39,238 nt of DNA from Octopus bimaculoides (Eukaryota): NCBI RefSeq assembly GCF_001194135.2, contig NC_069006.1, positions 13,200,360 through 13,239,597 on the forward strand, given 5' to 3'. This document shows positions 11,277-24,232 of this stretch, in pieces. Each line of letters begins with the position of its first letter. The stretch's first letter is position 1. The notes beneath the pieces were generated by a model. It was given only the letters and a program-made list of their open reading frames with translations, searched no databases and was not told the DNA's origin. A program made the position numbers and the translations under genes.

Positions 11277-13795
11277 AATCCATTTACACAAACACATAGA
11301 CACATATTATACCACCACCATCACCGCACACCCCCACTTACCTCAACCGTTTCAGTGATTTCTTCATAGATTCGGTTCTGTATGTCAGGATTCAAAGCCA
11401 ATTGGTAAGCCAAGAACGCAATGGTGTTGGCTGTGTTTTCATAGGCAGCCAACAAGAACATGGTCGCCTGCGCAATGATCTGTTTGTCTGAAAGGTCTAA
11501 CAAGAAGAAGAAGAAGAGTAGAAGTAGTAGTGGTGGTGGTGGTGGTGGTGGTGAGGATGAAGAGGATGATGATGGTGATGATGATAATGATAACGATGAT
11601 TAGAAGGCAGAGGAAGAGGAGGAGGATACCAATGATGTTGGGGAAGCAGGATAGAGACTCACCATATTGGTCTGTTACACTGCCATCTTGGTTCTCAGTT
11701 TTGGCGCCTTGCAAGTTAGCCTGTGCCTCCAACATTGTTTGAAGAATGTCTTTGTTAGGCTGTAAGATAGATAGATAGATTATATATATATATATACGCA
11801 CATGTATATAAATACGCACACATGTAATTGAGTACACACATGCAATACAAGGTGGCAAAAATAGCACTTGAATACCAAAAGTAGAAAAATCTATTCCATA
11901 TCAAAGCTGAAAAAACAATCTCCGCAAACTTTTACTCAGAGTTTCATGCAACCATTTGTCAAACAGTGGTGATCATACTGTATTATCATACTTGTCTGGT
12001 GTGCAAAAGATCCAATTGTGTACTCAAGGAAAAAAGTACACACAAACACACTGACACACAAACATACACACAGACATGTACACACATACATATACATATG
12101 CCCATTGACACACACACACACAAACACATGCACACAGATCTACACCCACACACACATAGACATGCACACACACACACAGTCACAGACATGCACATACACA
12201 CACACACTCACAGACATTCACACACACACACAAACACAGTGTTCAATCCAGGAACTGACAACAACATTTTCCCCCATTTTCCATGTAATTCGTAATATTT
12301 ATTCTTCACAATTAAGGAATCAGACACAAGCACCAACCTTTTTGGTTTTTGAAGAGAACAAAAACCTGAATCAGAGACGAAATTCAAAGAACCAAATATT
12401 ATTCTTCAAATTCTTCATTTGTGTTTTTAAATCTAAAACAAAATCTTCTTACGTTTTTCTATTTGGTTTGCAAGATTCTTGATGTGAACTCATATATTGA
12501 AAGAAATTTTGTTGTATTTTGGGAGGGTCATCACGCAAACAATAAACACACACGCAGGTTCTATTTTACTTCTTTTTTATTAGTCGGTTGCTTAAGGCAG
12601 CAAGCTGGCAGAATCATTAGTGCATTGGACAAAATGCTTTGCAGCATTTCATTTGTCCTTACATTCTGAGTTCAAATTCCACTGAGGTCGATTCAGCCTT
12701 TCATCCTTCTGGGGTCAATAAAATAAGTATCAGTCAAGTAATAGGATTGATGTACTCAACTTACCCTGCTACCCTGAAATTTCCGGTTTTGTACCAAAAT
12801 TTGAAATCATCGTTAGTCAATTGCTTAGTTATTTAACAAACTAACTAATAGATTGTTTGCTTAATTTGTCAGTTAAACAATCAATCAATTTGTCAAAGTC
12901 CTTTTCATGTAAACCAGACCGGGAGTAGAGAGAGTATGTGATTGACAAGTCATGAATGGTGACATAAGGACTTTGACAACTGATTGATTGATTAACCAAA
13001 TGATTAATAAGTGATGAGTTGGTTGGTTAAATAACTACCCAGTTAACAAATAATAATAAAAGAAGTGAAAAACCAGTGCATGTGTTTTTAATTGTTGGTG
13101 TCATGACCCTCCCATCATACGATAAAATATTTCTTTTACTTACCACAATTTCAGGATTATTTCTTCGGAAAAGAATTGTGTCACGGCAAATTGCAGCAAA
13201 AAAGTTTCTGTGTTTCCGCTCTCCAGCCAAAATAATGTAAATGTTGACCAAATGCCACAGAAATGGAAAGACAACTTCAATGTAAGAGATTATACGGATG
13301 TGTGTGTTTGTGCATATCTATGTGTGTGTGTGTGTGTGTTTGTTTATGTGTGTCTGTGTGTGTGCCTAATTGTATGTGTGTATATGTGTTTGTATGAATA
13401 CGCGTGCATCTATGTGTATATCTATATGTGTATGTTAGTGTACATATGTGTGAATCTGTGTGTGTCTATGTCTGTGTATGTACATGTGTGTAGGTGTCTA
13501 TATGTATGTGCGTGTGTGCATGTGTGTATATGTGTATGTATAGGGTGGAGTACACTGGTCTGGTGCCCAGAGAGCCAAAGAGGGGCCAGTGACTCTCTGC
13601 TGGGCCCTTCACAAAAAAGAAAAAAATTAAATAAACATATAGACAGATGCATGGCTGTGTGGTAAGAAGCTTACTTCCCAACCACTTGCTTCTGGGTTCA
13701 GTCCTATTGCGTGGCACCTTGGGCAAGTGTCTTCTGCTATAGCCTCGTGCTACTTGTGAGTGGATTTGGTAGAGGGAAACTGAAAGAAACCCACC

Positions 13796-13827
<32 letters not shown>

Positions 13828-14545
13828 NNNNNNNNNNNNNNNNNNNNNNNNNNNNNNNNNNNNNNNNNNNNNNNNNNNNNNNNNNNNNNNNNNNNNNNNN
13901 NNNNNNNNNNNNNNNNNNNNNNNNNNNNNNNNNNNNNNNNNNNNNNNNNNNNNNNNNNNNNNNNNNNNNNNNNNNNNNNNNNNNNNNNNNNNNNNNNNNN
14001 NNNNNNNNNNNNNNNNNNNNNNNNNNNNNNNNNNNNNNNNNNNNNNNNNNNNNNNNNNNNNNNNNNNNNNNNNNNNNNNNNNNNNNNNNNNNNNNNNNNN
14101 NNNNNNNNNNNNNNNNNNNNNNNNNNNNNNNNNNNNNNNNNNNNNNNNNNNNNNNNNNNNNNNNNNNNNNNNNNNNNNNNNNNNNNNNNNNNNNNNNNNN
14201 NNNNNNNNNNNNNNNNNNNNNNNNNNNNNNNNNNNNNNNNNNNNNNNNNNNNNNNNNNNNNNNNNNNNNNNNNNNNNNNNNNNNNNNNNNNNNNNNNNNN
14301 NNNNNNNNNNNNNNNNNNNNNNNNNNNNNNNNNNNNNNNNNNNNNNNNNNNNNNNNNNNNNNNNNNNNNNNNNNNNNNNNNNNNNNNNNNNNNNNNNNNN
14401 NNNNNNNNNNNNNNNNNNNNNNNNNNNNNNNNNNNNNNNNNNNNNNNNNNNNNNNNNNNNNNNNNNNNNNNNNNNNNNNNNNNNNNNNNNNNNNNNNNNN
14501 NNNNNNNNNNNNNNNNNNNNNNNNNNNNNNNNNNNNNNNNNNNNN

Positions 14546-14578
<33 letters not shown>

Positions 14579-15274
14579 GTATATGTGTGTGTGTCTGTGT
14601 TTGTCCCCCACCCACCATCGGTTGACAACTGATGTTGGTGTGTTTATGTGCACATAAGTTAGCAGTTGAGCAAAAGGGACTGATAGAATAAGTACAAGGA
14701 TTACAAAGAATAAGTCCCGGGGGTGATTTGTTTGACTAAAAGCAGTGCTGCAGCATGGCCACAGTCAAATGACTGAAACAAGTAAAAGGAATAAAAGAAT
14801 ACAAATATATGTATGTATTTTTGCACAGCTCCTTTCAATTTTGAGAGAACTTTCCCTTCCTGGGCCAATATGCAGTTCTGTTCCAGTTTCTGTCGGAGAC
14901 CTTGGGTGCAAGTATGGCCAAGTGGTTAAGACACTGGCTTCACAGTCATAAGATCATGGGTTCAATCCCTCAACGTATCGCCTTGGCCAAATGTCAACCT
15001 AATCCTTGTGGGTGAAACTGGACTTGATGGAGACTGTGCTGAAACCTCATCAGATGGATTTTAATTTCTAAGTGGAAAAGATTAGTTTTATCAGACTCTT
15101 GCATCACATTGATTTGAGCTGTGGATTAACTTTAAGGGGACACATGACTCAGTCCCTTGCATGCAGAACAAAGTTCAAACAACTGAGACATTTACTGTTG
15201 AAACAGACAGAGGATCCGTTTACAATACATACATACCTACATGCATACATATATATATATGTATATATATATAT

Positions 15275-15319
<45 letters not shown>

Positions 15320-16489
15320 NNNNNNNNNNNNNNNNNNNNNNNNNNNNNNNNNNNNNNNNNNNNNNNNNNNNNNNNNNNNNNNNNNNNNNNNNNNNNNNNN
15401 NNNNNNNNNNNNNNNNNNNNNNNNNNNNNNNNNNNNNNNNNNNNNNNNNNNNNNNNNNNNNNNNNNNNNNNNNNNNNNNNNNNNNNNNNNNNNNNNNNNN
15501 NNNNNNNNNNNNNNNNNNNNNNNNNNNNNNNNNNNNNNNNNNNNNNNNNNNNNNNNNNNNNNNNNNNNNNNNNNNNNNNNNNNNNNNNNNNNNNNNNNNN
15601 NNNNNNNNNNNNNNNNNNNNNNNNNNNNNNNNNNNNNNNNNNNNNNNNNNNNNNNNNNNNNNNNNNNNNNNNNNNNNNNNNNNNNNNNNNNNNNNNNNNN
15701 NNNNNNNNNNNNNNNNNNNNNNNNNNNNNNNNNNNNNNNNNNNNNNNNNNNNNNNNNNNNNNNNNNNNNNNNNNNNNNNNNNNNNNNNNNNNNNNNNNNN
15801 NNNNNNNNNNNNNNNNNNNNNNNNNNNNNNNNNNNNNNNNNNNNNNNNNNNNNNNNNNNNNNNNNNNNNNNNNNNNNNNNNNNNNNNNNNNNNNCCCCCC
15901 CCACACACATGCATTCCAGAAGCAAATGAAACAATGATGGCTTACATGTAAGAGCAATCAAATATTTGAGGAAGCCAGGTTTAAAGAGAGCTTTCGCATG
16001 GAGCACAAATGGATGGTTCATGTTCATCTGGGAATTGATTTCAATACCAAAACCAGTTGCAGCAATAATGTCCATTGTATAACTGCTACAATATCTGAAA
16101 AGAATAGCCATGATTAATAAAACACAAAGCATTGAACGGCCACGAGGAGGGTGCTGCAAAGTTCCTGGCTTTAAGGGTATCACGAAAGGCTTGGTTGTAG
16201 GCCCAGCTTTCCAAGGTCTTTCACAGGGCTTAGAAAAACTGAAGGACAGTTGCAATAAGTGTGTGAATCTGAGAGGGGAATATGTTGAAAAAAATCATAA
16301 TTAACTGATCCTCTTGTGTTTTCTTTTCACCAAAGCCAAGAACTTTTCAGCATTTCTTTGTAAGTACTTTGATAATATCATTGGCATACCAACACAAGTG
16401 TGCCTCACTGACTTTGTTTCCTCATAACTACAGAAAAATGGATATTTTTAATGAAATTTTCAACAAATACTTTTGAGATTAGGTATATA

Positions 16490-16521
<32 letters not shown>

Positions 16522-17826
16522 GACAACTTATATGAGTAAATTTCAGAGTAAGAAATANNNNNNNNNNNNNNNNNNNNNNNNNNNNNNNNNNNNNNNNNNN
16601 NNNNNNNNNNNNNNNNNNNNNNNNNNNNNNNNNNNNNNNNNNNNNNNNNNNNNNNNNNNNNNNNNNNGTAAGGAATAGGAGGGGGGGCCGGGAAGTAGGG
16701 GGTGAAGGAAGAGTAAAGGGAGATGAAAGTGGAAGGAAAGAGAGAGGTACTTACTGGTTAATGCAAAACTCCTTCCCGTTGGCTGCATTCTGGGAGATGT
16801 TCGTTGCAAAGTTTGCAACACAGACTTTCATTAAATATAGTGCCTGAAGGGAAAATAATTAAATAATATAAATGAAAAATGAATGAGAAGGACAAAAGGT
16901 CAAGGGGCATAGAAATGACATCATCGTCATCGTCATCATCATCATCATCATTGTCGTCATCATCCTGCTTCTCCTCCTCCCCTCTTCCTCCTCTCCTCAT
17001 CATCACTGTCATCATCATTGTCATTATTATTATAATCATTGTCGTTGCTGTCATTGCTGTCATTGTCATTATCGTCATCGTCATCATCATTGTTTTCATC
17101 ATCACCACTGTCATCATCGTCATTGTTATTGTCATCATCATCATCACCAAAACCAACAGCACCAGCTTGCCCAATAAAGAAGACTTGAAAAAAGTAAGCA
17201 GTGGGAACACTAGGAAACAGACAACTGTCAGTGATAGGATCAGTCAGGTGAATCTGAGATTTCACTAGATCACTAAAGAAGTTCAATTTGGATCAGACAC
17301 AACAACAAACAACAACAGAAACAACCACAACAAAGAACTTATAAGGTATTTTTATGTGAAAAACATGGTAAATGTTTTTATTTTTCATTCCCTTTGAAAT
17401 TGCTCTTAACTGCGGCTTGGACTTTTTGACTGTTCTTTCTAGTATGTTAAGCAACCTGTTAAGTCTCGCCTCTTTGTACTTAAATGTACACTAATATTTA
17501 TATGAAAAATATGTTTATTGACTTTGTATACATACTAGGCCACTGGTAGAGAAAAATTTCTATAATTTTTCCTACCCTATATTAATTTTAAGAAAATTAT
17601 ATATATGTATATAATTCAGTTAGAGGTTATGTTAGCCTCTGAGTCTGCTGTGATGAGTCTACAAACAAATACACAAAATATCTAAGAGTATATTGTTTTC
17701 CCTGCTGAAGTGTTTATGCTCAGAAATATGAATTTAATATCTAATTAATTTCACTGTGTATAACTGAAACAGCTGTAAGGGATAATGATTGATTTGTTGC
17801 TGATAATAAACTCTTATTAACTTCTT

Positions 17827-17876
<50 letters not shown>

Positions 17877-17904
17877 CATACATACATACATGCATGCATG
17901 CATG

Positions 17905-17938
<34 letters not shown>

Positions 17939-18150
17939 TATATACATACATACATACATACATATATATATATANNNNNNNNNNNNNNNNNNNNNNNNNN
18001 NNNNNNNNNNNNNNNNNNNNNNNNNNNNNNNNNNNNNNNNNNNNNNNNNNNNNNNNNNNNNNNNNNNNNNNNNNNNNNNNNNNNNNNNTTATATGATAAA
18101 AGGTGCAAAATTATCTTTCTTTATATTATATATATGTGTGTATATATATA

Positions 18151-18204
<54 letters not shown>

Positions 18205-19014
18205 AATCAGACGGGAGTCTGGTGCAGCCTTCCAGCTTACCAGCCCTAGTCAAACCAGCCAACTCATGCCAGTATGGACAATAGATGTTAAATTATGATG
18301 ACAATGGTGATGATATATATATATATATATAGTAAAAAAGAATTTCATTATTTTACCCATATGGTGAGTTGTAATGTTCAAATATATAATAAAAGAAGGA
18401 AAATGTGCATAGCTTATACATTAATAATATATTTCAAAGGAGAGAGTATTATGATAGTCGATCTGTTTCGCATTTTGCTAATCATAACATTGAAGATATT
18501 GCAATTTCATATTTTTTTAAGAAGCTTTTAATCCACACACATACATACACACACACAGACACACGCACAAGTTGTTTCAATTACAGTTGAGCTGGATCTA
18601 AAAAACAACAAGTTTAAGAACAACAATAATGATGACAGTGACCTCTCTAAGCTTCTTGTTACTAAATGCCGTCATCATGAGAGTACGCAGGAATTTCCAA
18701 TATTGGTCTTTGGTGTTCATCAAGAAAAGTTCTGTGAAATCATCTGTCGGAACATCAAACTGGCAGGAAATAAATAAAAAAATAAAAAAATTAATCAATT
18801 ACAATGAAATCATTAAATAAGATTAAATAAATTAATGTTTATATATGTAGTTATATAGACACTAGCATGGCTGTGTGGTAAGAAACTTGCTTTCTAACTT
18901 TGTAGTCTTTGGTTCAGTACCACGGTGTGGCACCTTTGGCAAGTATCTTCTGCTCAGGCCAACCAAAACCTTGTGAGTCGATTTGGTAGGCAGAAACTGA
19001 AAGAAACCTGTTGT

Positions 19015-19046
<32 letters not shown>

Positions 19047-19409
19047 CGCATACACATATGTGTGTGTGTGTGTGTGTATACGCATACACATATGTGTATG
19101 TGTGTGCATGTACATACGTGTGTATATATGTGTGTGTTATATGTTGTATATGTGTTTTTGTGTTTGTCTCCCACTATTGCTTGACAACTGGTGCCAGTTT
19201 GTTTTACATCCCCATAACTTAGCAGTTCGGCAAACTAAATCGATAGAATAAGTACCAGACTTAAAAACATAAGAACTGGAGTTCATTTGCTTGACTATAA
19301 AACCCTCAACACAATGCTCCTGCATGGCCTCAGCCCATTAACTGAAACAAGTAAAAGATAAATAATACATACATATGTATATATATATATATATATGTGT
19401 GTGTATATA

Positions 19410-19461
<52 letters not shown>

Positions 19462-20361
19462 ATATACTGTATATATAAATGTATAAAATTATTATTAAAG
19501 CAGCTAGGCACAATTAAAAACCGAAGTGTCTAAGGGTGTAAGTCAGCACAAATGTTGCTAGAAATAAGAGTCAAAATACCTCTTAGCCATGAACAAAGCA
19601 TTTTCTGTTCAACAGAGCACTTTGGTTTGCTGACAAGGGAGATAGCCTTCCCACAACAAATGAGGGCATCTCGCCACTTTAATGATTTTATAATTTTCAC
19701 TTTACCATTTTACGTAATCAGTCACTGATTCCTCTGGTATGTTCTATAAACTGTCAAGTTGATTTAGCTTACCCTTCGGCAATGGAATAGCGTCACTGAT
19801 GAGGATTAATTCTATCTGAAATTGGCCAGCCAATCTGAGGCCCTCGCTTGCTGTGGGTAGCTTATCTCCATTATCAATAAATAGAAAGTGCACCAACAGT
19901 GCCACCAATGATGCCCCCTATGCCAGCATTAACGACACCAACACCAGTACCAATACCAACACCAAGTGCTTTATGGATGTGAAATCCAGGGTAACTCCAT
20001 AGTCCAGCCATGACTATCTCTATCTAATTACTCTACTGCTCTATAACTTAGAGTGTGCTTCTCTTTCAGATTTATGATTTACTGATGATATATATATTTC
20101 ATCATCATCATTTAACGTCCACCTTCTATGCTGGCATGGGTGGATGGTTTGACAGGAGCCGGCCAGGCCTAAGCCTGCACCAGACTTCTGTGACTGTTTC
20201 AGCAAGATTTTTACAGCTGGATGTAAAACCTGCTTCCTAAAACCCACCACCCAGCAGAGTGGACTTAGTGCTTTTTACATGACACGAGCACAGGCAATGT
20301 CAGTTTTGACAAGGTTTTTACAGCTGGATGCCCTTCCAAATGCCAACCACTTTTGGACTGG

Positions 20362-20393
<32 letters not shown>

Positions 20394-22971
20394 CATCATC
20401 ATCATTTAATGTCTGCTTATATATATNNNNNNNNNNATATATATAATTGAGTAGTTTTTCAGTTTCTCATGAAGCATTGACCTGTATTTTTACCCTGCGT
20501 GCGTAAGCAAAAGCTGGATGTTGTAATCACATGTCTTCATCTGTTTGTCTGTATGTTTGCAAAATTATTGGAAAACAGCTGAATGGATTTTCAGCACATT
20601 TGGCAGAAATACTCATTGGGTGAGTGGAGTGAAATGATGAACATTAGGTTTGATTATCTTTGAAAAAGAAATTTTTTTAAAATTGAACTTACAAATTTCC
20701 TGATAAGCAAATGGTCATATTATATTGTTCACTTTCTTTTCCATATGAATTGAACCTCACCTGCATGTGTATATATCATGGTGCACCTATGCACATAGAC
20801 ACGTGTGTATATGTACATACATACATGTATACATACATACATACATAAGTACAAACACAGACATGCAATTGTGTGTGTGTATACACTGATGGATTTGAGA
20901 GTTTCGTTTATTTACAAGTTGATTTCTTAATTTCACTGGAGTATAAATACCTATTCTTCTGTTCTTTTATTTGTTTCAGTTATTTGACTGTGGCCATGCT
21001 GGAGCACTGCCTTGAGTCAAACAAATCAACTCCAGGACTTATTCTTTGTAAGCCTAGTATTTATTCTATCAGTCTCTTATGCCGAACTGCTAAGTTATGG
21101 GGGACGTAAACACACCAACATTGGTCGTCAAGCGATGTTGGGGAGACAAACACAGACACACACATATGTATATGATAGGCTTCTTTCAGTTTCCATCTAC
21201 CAAATCCACTCACAAGGCTTTGGTCGGCCTGAGGCTATAACAGAAGACACTTGCCCAAGGTGCCATGCAGTGGAACTGAACCCGGAACCATGTGACTGAT
21301 AAGCAAGCTTCTTACCACACAGCCATGCCTGCAGATATGATGGGGATATTTAAATAAAATAAAATGAATTCAGTTCCATTGAAAGACTTGGGTAAGCAAT
21401 GCATTGTAAGCCACACTAGAATTTGTGGGAAAATCTATTTGAGTGCAGTGTATGCATGCACCCCCCCACATGCCTTTTTTTCATTATAAATGGCATTGTT
21501 TTGGCTTTAAAGAAATATTTAAAGCATTTATATCTTTGTGTGTGTGTATGTATACATACATAAATATGTGTGTGTGTGTGTGTCTGTATATATAAATACA
21601 TGTGTATGCGTGGGTTGTATGTGTATATTTTTCTCTTTCACTTTATTCTACCCACCTCTCCGTTTTGTATTTAATGATTTATGTGTGCGTGTATGTGTGA
21701 TTTATATGTATATATTTATATATATATATATATGTATGCAGATGTATATGTGTGTGTATGTGCGTTCTTTTACTGAAACCGAATTAGCGATGTCACTGTA
21801 ACCATAAAAACTTCATTTCATGAAATAATACACAACCTATTTTTTACTTTTCCTTTATGTTTTTATTTTCTATCTTTATCTTTTTTCCCAATTTGCATGA
21901 TATACTTTCTAACCATCTATTTATTGAAGTGAAAAATTACAATAAAAGTCATACTTATTCAGTTTTCAAATATATAATAATGTACCTAGGATTTTCCATT
22001 TCTTAAATATAAGACCTGCCCACATCAGTGAAACTGAGTTCTAGAAGTGTTTTGTGTCCCAGCCACACTTAACAAGAAAATTTCTCACACACTCTACCAC
22101 AACAAACCAAACTACATCTCTACATCTCTTCTCTTATTTCACTTTCTCATATTTCCCCTTCATGCACTAGGCTTACCTCCCATTCCCCAATCCTGTCCTC
22201 TTGGCCTTGTCTCACTGTATCATTGCTCTCTGCTAGCTTTCAACCTGTGAGTTCCACCCATGACCTGTCTCACTGTATCATTGCATATGCCTGGCACTTT
22301 GCCCCCATCTCTCTCATGCTGTCTCCCAATCTCTCTCTCTCCTCCTCCTCCTGCACTTCCCTCAGGCTGGGTAATCATGTATTTCCTTTGCAGAAGCGCA
22401 CCTGTTTCTGTCTGTATTCCTGATCTCTCTCTCTCTCTCCTCTACAGCAAGACACCTGTTTCTGTCTCTCTGCCTCAATATAACCTTTCATCATCTGACA
22501 CAAGATCACTTCCTCTAATGCCCCCTACCCTCTCAAAAACGTTTTTTTTTCTTTGTCTTGCAAGTACTTGGTGACCCTGTCAGTGCAGGTGCCACTTAAA
22601 AGCACCCAATCCACACTGTAAAGTGGTTGGCATTTGGAAGGGCATTCAGCTGTAAAAACCTTGCCAAAACTGACCTCACCTATACTTGTACCACGTAAAA
22701 AGCAGTAAGACCACTCTGCTGCGTGGTTGGTGTTAGGAAGGGCATCCAGCTGTAAAAATCCTGCCAAAATAGTGACAGAAGTCTGGTGCAGGCTTCTGCC
22801 TGGCCGGCTCCTGTCAAACCGTCCCACCCATACTAGCATGGAAGGCAGAAATTAAACGATGATTATAATGATACATACATATGTACATACATGCACATAT
22901 ATGTATAAATGTGCATATATATATACCTATATCTATCTATCTACCTATATATATATATATANNNNNNNNNN

Positions 22972-23018
<47 letters not shown>

Positions 23019-24184
23019 ACGTCTTATACACACCCCAACCTGTAACTCCTAAAGTTATATAGGCCACCCCCTGGAAGGATTCTGCATGTCAAGGGCTCTG
23101 GTCCATAGCACCACCATCACACCATCTGATGGCATTACAAGACTATACAGGCATGACAGCCAATATCTTCAAAAGCAGGTATACACAGCATATTCATTCC
23201 TTCAGGTGCCCTATTTTATCTGGTGACTTCGTAATCATTAGAATAACTCCCCCAACATTAAATGGAATATCCTTGATGGTTCCTCTTCATACAAACCTGG
23301 AACTTGCAAATGCCAACTTTGTCTCTGTGAGAGACTTCACATACTTCATCACCTTGCAGTATCCATCAACAAGGAAAATGAACTATGTTGTTGCCACCAG
23401 AAGTGTGCTCTGTTAATGAACTTCAAGCCATTAGTAGCTGACAATCTAGCCTAGGCCTGGTTCGTCCACATGCAAGGATACTTAAACTTGCTGTCCATAT
23501 GGACTAAAACCTCATTCATATTGATAATCCAAACTAGTACCACCAAATTTTAACCCAGCACCACCAAAACTGGTTACAACCAAGGAAAGGCTGTTGCTGC
23601 TACTGTGTTAGCTCTTCACTAACCCACAACAAAACCCTGCTCTGCTATGTGTGTGCAGCAAGTGCAAGAAACTGATGTTGGTAAATAAACCAAACTGCAG
23701 CTTCCAGACATAACAGCAACAGCTGTCTATCAACATCCTGTGCAACACCAAGTGGGTCTAAGATCAAAGAAAATAACTGATGTCACTTTCAACCAATAAT
23801 ATCACATGACCTGATTTGACCAATGGCAGCCTAACACCTAGAAGCCATCTTGAATTTGTCTCATATCCAGTTCCTTCATCTGTTGACACCTGATGAGTTA
23901 AGTTCATTCTATAAGCCTACAAAATGTCAAGTTGCATGGAGCTGAGCCACACTGATTAATATCTATTTCTGTCTGTCGGTCTCTCTCTCTGTATATATAT
24001 ATATATAATTATTATAACAAGGGTTATTACTCTAAGTAATACCACAGACTATTACTTATAGTAATAGTCCTTGATATAATAATGTATTTTATATATAAAA
24101 AAGAAAATTATATACTTTGTATTAATTTTTTCCTTAACTGGTTTTGCATGCTGACTACTTGATAAAATCTTATATAGGTTTTAT

Positions 24185-24232
<48 letters not shown>

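Larger units (their letters stand above)
11040..12240. repeat. (CA)n/(TA)n low-complexity tracts flanking exons 9-10, and a trinucleotide-filled intron 9
   Basis: Visible directly. Confidence 0.9.

Noticed and set aside
11439-11867. Stop-free read-through of intron 9 giving a hydrophobic tail
   Set aside because: The 166-bp intron is made of trinucleotide repeats that lack stops by composition; there is no evidence for retention.
13466-15957. Long ORFs made of X and IY/HT repeats (also 27018-28163, 33018-33705, 34698-35272, 38039-38834)
   Set aside because: Artefacts of N gaps and dinucleotide microsatellites.
16142-16175. CACGAGGAGGGTGCTGCAAAGTTCCTGGCTTT resembling a mariner TIR start
   Set aside because: No partner TIR was found in readable sequence.
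16758-17286. Poly-Asp/Ile/Met ORFs
   Set aside because: Trinucleotide microsatellite; the only real coding part nearby is exon 6.
19773-19815. Apparent 43-bp minus-strand exon (ttcag|ATAGAA...AAGG|gtaagc)
   Set aside because: Breaks the frame between two phase-0 junctions, has no P450 similarity and overlaps the antisense of the hammerhead. At most a cryptic exon.
22208-22470. Short direct repeats (19 bp at 22208 and 22266; 15 bp near 22399 and 22453)
   Set aside because: They lie in a pyrimidine-rich low-complexity tract and most likely reflect slippage; no further structure.
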